Part shown: positions 19,107-26,335 of the stretch, one piece after another
Layout: every line of letters starts with the position of its first letter
Numbering within the stretch: the stretch's first letter is position 1
NCBI GenBank assembly: GCA_900128585.1
Contig: LT642146.1
Span: forward strand, 62,001-88,335
Length of the DNA stretch: 26,335 nt
Direction: 5' to 3'
Origin: Stramenopiles sp. TOSAG23-3
Lineage: Eukaryota
Position numbers and translations under genes: made by a program
The notes under the pieces: generated by a model
What the model was told of the DNA's origin: nothing
What the model saw: the letters and a program-made list of their open reading frames with translations, nothing else
Databases searched by the model: none

Positions 19107-20726
19107 ATGGCGTATGCACCGAACACTGCTTTCCCGAGGCAACTTGTGGAGGAGGAGCGGCCGCGCTCGTTCCAAGGCCATGCAGAAGCTTCCGCCGGGC
19201 TGTCCCGCAACCTTAGTGGTCGGATTGGGGGAGAAGGAAGGTCCGATTCAATGACCCAATCTACCGTAACGATGAGGCACCAGTGGCGCCAGCACACAAA
19301 CACGAAAGGGATTATCCCGGGCCCACGCTCCGGGGCCGCGTCGGTGGTCGTTGGGAACAAGCTGTACGTGTTCGGAGGCTACGGTGGTAGTGGCCGCCTG
19401 GCAGACTTTTTCGAGTTTGACTTTGATACGAAGACGTTCCAAGAGATCGAAATGGCAGGCCACCACCCCGGGGTGAGGGAGAACAACGGTGTCGTCCTGT
19501 ACAAGAACCGCCTTTACATATTCGGTGGTTACAACGGGAACGATTGGCTGAACGATTTCCACGAGTTTGACTTGCAAACGAAAGTGTGGAGAAAGATTGA
19601 ACCGGCAGGGGCGTGCCCATCGCCACGGTTTGGATACGTTGCCGTGCGCCACGTCGACACCTTCATTATATTCGGGGGGTACGATGGCACGACCTGGTTG
19701 AACGACATGCACGAACACAATTTTTTGACGAAAACATGGGGTTCTATACACCCGACGGGGACGATCCCGAGCGTCCGAAGTTGTCCGAGTTGGACAGTGC
19801 ACAACAAGAGTGTGTTCATTTTTGGGGGATACGACGGTGTGCAGCGGATGAACGATTTCTTCGAATACCGCTGCGACACAAGGGTTTGGTCCACAGTGTT
19901 GGGAAGCGGCCCCGTCCCCTCCCCTCGCTACTTTCACGCGTGCATCATGTACCGAAACCAGATGTACGTATTTGGGGGGTACAATGGCGCCCATCGCTTG
20001 AACGACATGTATTGCTTCGATTTCGACACGCACATGTGGGCGATCGTGGAGTGCTCCGGGGAATTGCCCTCTGGGCGAAGTAGTCTGGTTGCGCAGGTGT
20101 ACGGGAATTCTTTGTTCACGTTTGGCGGGTACAATGGACGCCACGTCCTGAACGATTTTTTCGAGTTTCGTTTTGAGCCCGTCGCAATCCCGCCCCCAAC
20201 ACTGATCCACGATATGCGGCGGCTGATGAACAATGAGCAGTTTAGTGACGTAGAATTCATAGTGGAAGGGCGATCCCTGTATGCGACCAAAGCACATTTG
20301 GCCATTCGTTCAGAGCATTTTCGCGCCCTACTTTTCGGCGGAATGAAAGAAAGCCGCTCCTCAAAGGTTACTATTGAGATCAGCGACGTGCCCTACCCTG
20401 TGTTTTCCAAAATCATCGAGTTTCTCTACACCGACAACGTCACCGATATATCTAGTGACATCGCCGTCCCGCTCTTGATGGCTGCAGAACGCTATTTGCT
20501 GGGTCGTCTGAAGGGCCTGTGCGAAGATTCTATTCGTAAGTCCATTACAGTTGAGAACGTTATTAGTTTGTTCATGGCCTCCCATCGCCATAGAGCTGCC
20601 GGCCTGAAGGAGATATGTTTGGATTTCATCATCGACCACCTGGACACTGTGAAAAAAAGCACAGGGTTTCGCGATTTGAAAGATGAACCCGAGCTGTTGA
20701 TGGAGATTATCATGGTTGGCACCTAA
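19107..20726 (+). CDS. Kelch-repeat + BTB/POZ protein, LZTR1-like
   Basis: Six Kelch blades (FGGY.G...LND); BTB FSDVEFIVEG...HLAIRSEHFRALLFGGMKES; BACK-like tail; first ATG at 19107. Confidence 0.92.
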   Translation: MAYAPNTAFPRQLVEEERPRSFQGHAEASAGLSRNLSGRIGGEGRSDSMTQSTVTMRHQWRQHTNTKGIIPGPRSGAASVVVGNKLYVFGGYGGSGRLADFFEFDFDTKTFQEIEMAGHHPGVRENNGVVLYKNRLYIFGGYNGNDWLNDFHEFDLQTKVWRKIEPAGACPSPRFGYVAVRHVDTFIIFGGYDGTTWLNDMHEHNFLTKTWGSIHPTGTIPSVRSCPSWTVHNKSVFIFGGYDGVQRMNDFFEYRCDTRVWSTVLGSGPVPSPRYFHACIMYRNQMYVFGGYNGAHRLNDMYCFDFDTHMWAIVECSGELPSGRSSLVAQVYGNSLFTFGGYNGRHVLNDFFEFRFEPVAIPPPTLIHDMRRLMNNEQFSDVEFIVEGRSLYATKAHLAIRSEHFRALLFGGMKESRSSKVTIEISDVPYPVFSKIIEFLYTDNVTDISSDIAVPLLMAAERYLLGRLKGLCEDSIRKSITVENVISLFMASHRHRAAGLKEICLDFIIDHLDTVKKSTGFRDLKDEPELLMEIIMVGT

Positions 20727-20810
20727 AAACAAATACATAGTTCCTTTTTGTTCACCAAATGTAAATATCATCAATGATAATACATACCTATACTGTTCGG
20801 TTCGTTCGTT

Positions 20811-20838
20811 CCCTACCCGTATCCGTACCCGTACCCGG
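20811..20838. repeat. (GTACCC)n degenerate hexamer repeat
   Basis: CCCTACCCGTATCCGTACCCGTACCCGG. Confidence 0.6.
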
Positions 20839-21406
20839 TCTAATGGAATACAAAGAGGAACAGGAACGAATGTTTTTTTTCATTTTGGTTTTTAAAACCA
20901 CAACATGCTCAGCTGCTGCTCTGCTGCTACGTGTCCAACAGCTATTATATATACCAAGGGTTGTGTAATAATACCCGTAATAGCATTGCTATTTGATGAT
21001 GAACACGCTACCGTTGTAGTAGTACCGTTTGTTGATCGATAATGAAAGAAGGAGAGTCTATAACATTACACAACATACACTAAAATAATGATGTACACAA
21101 TACACTGCTTCCTGTAGTAATAATGAAAAAAAGAAAGCAGAAAGAAGAAGAAGAATGAATAAAATTTTTCAAAAAATCCTCCTCCCCTCCTACTCCTCCT
21201 CCGCGCCCGCAGCAGCCTAGCCGAAGAAGAACAAAGAAGAACAAAAAGGAGGCACATGACTGAAAAAAATGATACTTCCCGTGTTGGACAACGCTACGAT
21301 AAAAATATCACCAATAAACCTCTACCAGGTAACTCGCAGCTTGACAAGTAAATTCAGTATCCAAAACTGACGGATTGAACGATAGACCACCTTTTCTTTC
21401 CTTCCA

Positions 21407-22687
21407 ATGGCAGCCCACCTCAGGATACTTGTGCTGTGTTTACTGGCCCTTGCAGTGTCAGGTGCAGCACGCCAGTCTGATGCACCGACCGCGCTTGTTA
21501 AGAACATGACGGAAGCGTACAAGACCGAAAAAGTTATGGAAGGACGTGTTGTGTTCGCGTTTTATTATGACTCATCTAAGAACGGGGGAAATTCTCCAGT
21601 CGGGTGGAGCAATACGTTCAGCACTTTGGAAAAAGTTGCCGACGAGCTCAAGGACATCGCCGTTTTGGGGTATATCGACTCTTCGGTAGAGCGAAAATTG
21701 TCGCTTCAAGCAGGAATTAAACAATCGGTAGAATTGAGAGTTTTCCTGCCACTTTTCCCAGACTCGCAAATGAGGTTTGACGAGCTCATATACGATGCCA
21801 ATAGATTCCGGCCCGATTTTGAATCCGCAAGTTTGCGGCGCATACGACGCTTCGTGAAGGGTTTAGACGTAGGCGGAGAACAGTTCGCCCCAGTCCTGAA
21901 AAACGCGTTGCAAGCTATTGTGCGCAAAGAGGCATTGGGCGACCATCTGTCGTCAATATTAGAAGTGACGTCCGAACTTAAAAACAAAGGGACCGATTTA
22001 TCGATGCCTGCAAGCTTAATACTGTCACAGTTGAAAGCGATCAGAAAACAGGTAAAACTGAACAAAACTATCGACAGTGTATTAGAGGCCCAGTTCGTTT
22101 CTCTCTACAGCAACATTGCTGCCGGGCAGTGTGGAATAACAGAATTTTGCTGTAACACTTACCGACATCTTCAAGTCATCGTTATCATCTTCAATGCGCA
22201 CAACAACAAACAGTACAATTCCAGCGAAGTCTACACGGCAATGAAAGCTGCAAAGGGAAGCGAAGAGTCGAAGTCCAGGGAACTAGCCGGTTTGCCTACC
22301 GACAAAGAATTGGAGGAGATCCAAACCGAAGAGGAAATGTACAGGGTGTTGCTTAACGTGGACAAGCTTAAATCGGACTGCGACGAACAGATTGTTGAGA
22401 TGGAAGAATCTATAATTGTGCTTATGCAGGACAATTTAGGGGTCCATGAGCTCACAACGAAAGGTCGTCTAAAGGATATACGGAAACTCGTGGACGACCG
22501 CCAACCAACTGATAGTATTAAAGGTTCCTATTTTAAAAAGTACGCAAAACGATACGCAAAGTGCATGATGTCCGGAATTGTTCGAAATCGGATTAGTGCC
22601 ATGTACGACAAGCTCCACTTAGCTCTCAAGGAAAAGTTTAAATTGGACCCGACTTATTACGAAGTCGAAGCTGTGCCAACGATGTGA
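21407..22687 (+). CDS. Secreted/ER protein with redox-inactive thioredoxin-like N-terminal domain and helical C-terminal region
   Basis: Signal peptide MAAHLRILVLCLLALAVSGA; VVFAFY...LEKVADELKDIAVLGYIDSSVERKLSLQAGI...LRVF follows a PDI-type Trx fold without CxxC. Confidence 0.6.
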   Translation: MAAHLRILVLCLLALAVSGAARQSDAPTALVKNMTEAYKTEKVMEGRVVFAFYYDSSKNGGNSPVGWSNTFSTLEKVADELKDIAVLGYIDSSVERKLSLQAGIKQSVELRVFLPLFPDSQMRFDELIYDANRFRPDFESASLRRIRRFVKGLDVGGEQFAPVLKNALQAIVRKEALGDHLSSILEVTSELKNKGTDLSMPASLILSQLKAIRKQVKLNKTIDSVLEAQFVSLYSNIAAGQCGITEFCCNTYRHLQVIVIIFNAHNNKQYNSSEVYTAMKAAKGSEESKSRELAGLPTDKELEEIQTEEEMYRVLLNVDKLKSDCDEQIVEMEESIIVLMQDNLGVHELTTKGRLKDIRKLVDDRQPTDSIKGSYFKKYAKRYAKCMMSGIVRNRISAMYDKLHLALKEKFKLDPTYYEVEAVPTM

Positions 22688-22786
22688 CGAGAATCCTGAA
22701 CGTGTTTGCGTCCTGAACTTTTCGTATGAGGTAAACTTACGATTCCTATCCTAAGTTTACTAAATCATAAACTTGATGCCTTTGAT

Positions 22787-23015
22787 AAAAAACAAGGAAA
22801 TTGGCTGTTATTTAATAAAAACTATTAGAAAATTGGCTGTGGAAGCTAAATTTAATTATGTTACTTAAAATTGGCTGTTATTTATAAATAACAGCCAATT
22901 TTCTTGTTTTTAATTGGCTGTATTTATAATAAAAATTTAAAAAACGAAAATTGGCTGTTTTTTTATTTAAAAACACAAGAAAATTGGCTGTTATTTATTA
23001 AGTAATTAAATTTAT
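22787..23015. repeat. Motif A array: 7 copies of AATTGGCTGT including a 36-bp perfect palindrome
   Basis: Forward copies at 22799, 22831, 22869, 22912, 22949, 22982; inverted copy at 22891; AAAATTGGCTGTTATTTATAAATAACAGCCAATTTT at 22867-22902. Confidence 0.95.
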
Positions 23016-23105
23016 TATAAGTTTCTTTAAAATCATAGTATGTTATCATAGACTAACACACACTTTAATTAAAACTTTTTATCTCCTTAAAGAAAAAAAA
23101 AAAAA

Positions 23106-23127
23106 TATAGTATGTTTTAAGACTCTC
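23106..23127. repeat. Dispersed motif B (single copy, one mismatch)
   Basis: TATAGTATGTTTTAAGACTCTC. Confidence 0.8.
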
Positions 23128-23179
23128 CTTAATTTTAAATAAATACCGTAAAATTTATAAAATTTAAGTTTAAAAACAT

Positions 23180-25060
23180 TTAGGCCTTGCATTTGAGTTT
23201 GTAACTATCCAATGCTTTCACACCGTCCGCCCTCAAGTGATTTTTGTACGACGTGATGCCACCATCTTGTTTCCAGGGTTTGATTGATTTATTATCGCAA
23301 ACCCAAATTTCGTCTGCTACTTGTGAAAGCAGCCTGAAATCGTGCGAAACTAGAACCATACCACCCTGGAACTTGTTGATAGCATCGGCCAAAGAGTTAA
23401 TACACTCCATATCCAAATGGTTGGTAGGTTCGTCAAGCATGATGATATGGGGCCGCTCGAGCGCCAAAATGCAGAAAACAACGCGTGTTTTAAGCCCGTC
23501 ACTCATGGTCGACATTTTCATCTGCTGGCGGTCCCCTTCGATGCCATACGAACCCAAAATCCCTCGCCATTGCTCTACTTCGGGGTTGATCTTATTCCCA
23601 TCGTTACTGTACGGCGGACAAACGCCGTCCTTGTACACTTCCATGACATAATCTAACGGATTCATGTTCATGTCAAGCTGGTCTTCGGAGTGCTGGTTGT
23701 AGTACGCAATCTTCAAGTGGGAGTGGCGGCTGATTTCTCCTTCGCAAGGAATTAGCTCACCGATCATTAGCTTCAACAGCGTCGATTTTCCCGCCCCATT
23801 GGGGCCAACCAGGGCGACACGGGAATCACTGTCGATGCCGAAATCAAGATTACTGTACAAGTAATCTTCCTTTTTGCCGGAGTAGGAGAACGAGACGTTT
23901 TTAAACGCCATCACGGGCGGCGGAAGCTGCCCACAGTTCGGCCATTTGAACCGGTAAACTGACTCAATGTGTGGTGCCTGGATCAGGCCGGCTTCGATCA
24001 TTTTGTCAATAATCTTTTGCTTACTCTGGGCTTGCTTCACTAGATTAGAGTACGTACCGCAAGTTCTGATAAAGTGCTGCAGCCGCTGAATGTCATCTTG
24101 CTGCTTTCTGTACTGCTTCAGCTGTTGGGTTTCCTTCTCCTTCTTCGTCTTTACGAACGTGTCGTAATTTCCTCCCCAGACCAGAAGCTTCGAATCGTGC
24201 GTTAACTCCATGATATTGGTGCATACCGTGTTGAGAAACTCCTGGGAGTGAGATATGACAATTAGGGTCTTCTTGTACCTAGACAAAAAGTCCTCCAACC
24301 AAATGCATGCCCCAAGATCTAAATGGTTCGTAGGCTCGTCCAGCAAGAGCAAAGAGGGCTGCAGGAGCAGTGCTTGGGCCAGGGCCACCCGCATTCGCCA
24401 TCCTCCACTCATGTCTTTCGTTGACCGGTGCATCATGGGCTGGCTGAAACCCAAACCGAAAAGCAGTTCCCCGGCCCTGGCTTCTAGCGTGGCAAGGTCT
24501 TGTTCGTCCAATTCTTCGCAAATATCAAGGATTCGCTGGGACTCCGGGTCCTCCTCCATGAGTGCCTCCATTTCGTCTTCCAAGTGCCTGACCTTGTCCA
24601 TCACGATGTTCATTACGGACTCCATTGCAGTGGTGTCGCTGGGCTTTGCCTCCGTGTCCAGATGGTAAATATCAATGGTCTCTGGGATCGGTAGTTCCCC
24701 AGACGCAAGGACCTTGAGAAGCGTGGACTTTCCACTACCGTTGCGCCCGATCAAGCCGTACCGGCGCCCGTAGTTCATGTGCAACTCGGTGTCCTCGACG
24801 AGCCTGCGGCCGTGGAGCCCAATCCCAAAGGAGGAAATTTGTACATCCCTGGAATCTATCCGCGAGTCTAGGACGCCTGTAACAGAGACGTGGTTCATGA
24901 CGTCATCCGCATCGAGCACCTTCTCCCCAACCTTCTTTAAGCTCGCTGCCGCGGCACCCAAGATGCCGTCCTCCGCCTTCTCCAGCTTTTCGGCAGCTTT
25001 TTTCTTCGCTTCTTGAGCTTTCTTAAACTTGGCCGCTTTTCCGCGTTTACCTTTCCCCAT
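23180..25060 (-). CDS. ABCF2: ABC-F ATPase, ABCF2/Arb1 type
   Basis: Two NBDs without TM segments (GRNGSGKST/MSGGW/LLLDEPTNHLD; GPNGAGKST/MSDGL/MLDEPTNHLD); TGVLDS..SRDVQI and LVKQAQSKQKIIDKM are characteristic of ABCF2. Confidence 0.93.
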   Translation of the reverse strand: MGKGKRGKAAKFKKAQEAKKKAAEKLEKAEDGILGAAAASLKKVGEKVLDADDVMNHVSVTGVLDSRIDSRDVQISSFGIGLHGRRLVEDTELHMNYGRRYGLIGRNGSGKSTLLKVLASGELPIPETIDIYHLDTEAKPSDTTAMESVMNIVMDKVRHLEDEMEALMEEDPESQRILDICEELDEQDLATLEARAGELLFGLGFSQPMMHRSTKDMSGGWRMRVALAQALLLQPSLLLLDEPTNHLDLGACIWLEDFLSRYKKTLIVISHSQEFLNTVCTNIMELTHDSKLLVWGGNYDTFVKTKKEKETQQLKQYRKQQDDIQRLQHFIRTCGTYSNLVKQAQSKQKIIDKMIEAGLIQAPHIESVYRFKWPNCGQLPPPVMAFKNVSFSYSGKKEDYLYSNLDFGIDSDSRVALVGPNGAGKSTLLKLMIGELIPCEGEISRHSHLKIAYYNQHSEDQLDMNMNPLDYVMEVYKDGVCPPYSNDGNKINPEVEQWRGILGSYGIEGDRQQMKMSTMSDGLKTRVVFCILALERPHIIMLDEPTNHLDMECINSLADAINKFQGGMVLVSHDFRLLSQVADEIWVCDNKSIKPWKQDGGITSYKNHLRADGVKALDSYKLKCKA

Positions 25061-26140
25061 TGTGTTGTTGGAGTATTATTTTACACTGGGCAGCAATTGA
25101 ATATATATTACCAAACTTCTTTCTTAAAGTTTAATTTTCCTACGTTATGCTGGTATAAATTTACTGAAGCAATTCGTTCCTGCTCGTTTCTTTCCGTTTC
25201 TTTTATCGTTAGTGTAGTCGTAGTCGTACGCGCTTCTTTTCTTTCGTTCAATCTCTCTTAATTTACTGGTCGCTCGCTGCTCGCTGCTCGCTCCTCAATT
25301 TCAAGAATCAAAAAAATTTAGTTTCTAATGTCTTTCTTAAGGATTTGCTATATTTTCTTTAAAATAATTTATTTATCAATTGCAACAATAATACAGTATA
25401 TAAATGATAATTAATACCATTCCTTTAGTTTTAGTAAAACCTTACTTATTGAAGAAAACGAAAATGACGCAACAAAACAAAACATTGACATTAAAATGAT
25501 GAATGAATGAGAGATACTGTAGAAGAAAGAATAAATAAAAAAACACAAAAAGTATAGAAATAGCATAGTAAGTTATTATTTATCAAAACAGAGGCGATTT
25601 GCCTATTTAAAATATACTATACTACAATTTTGTATACTATTTTTATACAGCAGAAGTATTTTTTCCTTCGATTTTTATTTGGTTTAGTTCTATATAGTAC
25701 TGTACAGTTATAATAATCACCAGAATTAAAAATGATGAAATGGACGAAGGTCAATTCTAAGCCAGAATTTCCGTTTCCAATGTTGTGGTATTGTATTTAC
25801 TAATATTTATACTTTTATTATATTATTCTATTGTTGATGAATTATTTCTATGTGATAAACATTCTATTATTTTGTAGGTATAATGTTGAACATATATCCC
25901 CTATTTATATAATCTATATAAATACTGTAAGGGAATATAGTCGAAAGAGAAGGTGAAAATCCCAAAGTAGCGAAGAAGGGGGAATTCGAGGGAGAGGAGA
26001 GAGAGAGAGGCCTGTTTCTTTTTTTTGTAGAACTTCAAGTCCCTGGTACGGCACCGTATGTGTACTACATTCAGTTCTATTAAAGTTTAAGTATACAAAA
26101 TATTGTAATATGTAGCGCAAAAGAAGATCCATTTATTTCT

Positions 26141-26335
26141 AAGAAGTAGAAGAAGAAGAAGAAGAAAGAAGAAGAAAAAAGAAGAAGATGAAGAAAGAAG
26201 AAGAAGAAGAAAGAAGAAGAAAAAGAAGAAGAAGATGAAGAAAGAAGAAGAAGAAGAAAGAAGAAGAAGAAGAAAGAAGAAGAAGAAGAAGAAAGAAGAA
26301 GAAGAAGAAGAAGAAAGAAGAAGAAGAAGAAGAAG
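26141..26335. repeat. (GAA)n-based microsatellite running off the window end
   Basis: GAA run with GAAA and GATGAA interruptions. Confidence 0.95.

Noticed and set aside
19248-20297. 349-aa antisense ORF
   Set aside because: Shadow of the conserved Kelch-BTB gene; no domain features
22787-23015. CRISPR-like array (also considered for 9282-9487)
   Set aside because: Irregular spacing, mixed orientation or no unique spacers, no cas genes, eukaryotic context
26141-26335. Telomere or E/K-rich coding exon
   Set aside because: Not a known telomeric unit; frame-breaking GAAA interruptions; the same repeat class occurs internally

Overview
Gene-dense, apparently intron-poor eukaryotic (protist, probably stramenopile-like; inference) nuclear DNA. 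GC-balanced single-ORF genes alternate with very AT-rich spacers. About 12 credible genes: NSUN2/Trm4-type m5C methyltransferase (5'-truncated), two secreted redox-inactive thioredoxin/ERp29-like proteins, a membrane-anchored WW protein, a Cys-rich receptor-like protein with cytosolic ankyrin repeats, a small TM protein ending in GDEL, an ATM1/HMT1-type ABCB half-transporter, an ankyrin protein, a hypothetical protein, an atypical tandem bHLH factor, a METTL21-family methyltransferase, a Kelch-BTB (LZTR1-like) protein and ABCF2. No rRNA, tRNA, CRISPR array or transposase was recognised. The most unusual signal is non-coding: motif A (AATTGGCTGT; 10 exact copies, an identical 22-mer at three loci, a 36-bp perfect palindrome) and motif B (TGCTTTAAGACTCTC; 4 copies, one inverted pair). 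Both occur only in spacers downstream of gene 3' ends, whereas long purine/pyrimidine microsatellites occupy promoter-side spacers. Also notable: a 351-bp convergent CDS overlap, a triplicated stop-codon region and a nested TACC/GGTA palindrome. All family assignments are by-eye motif recognition, not database results.
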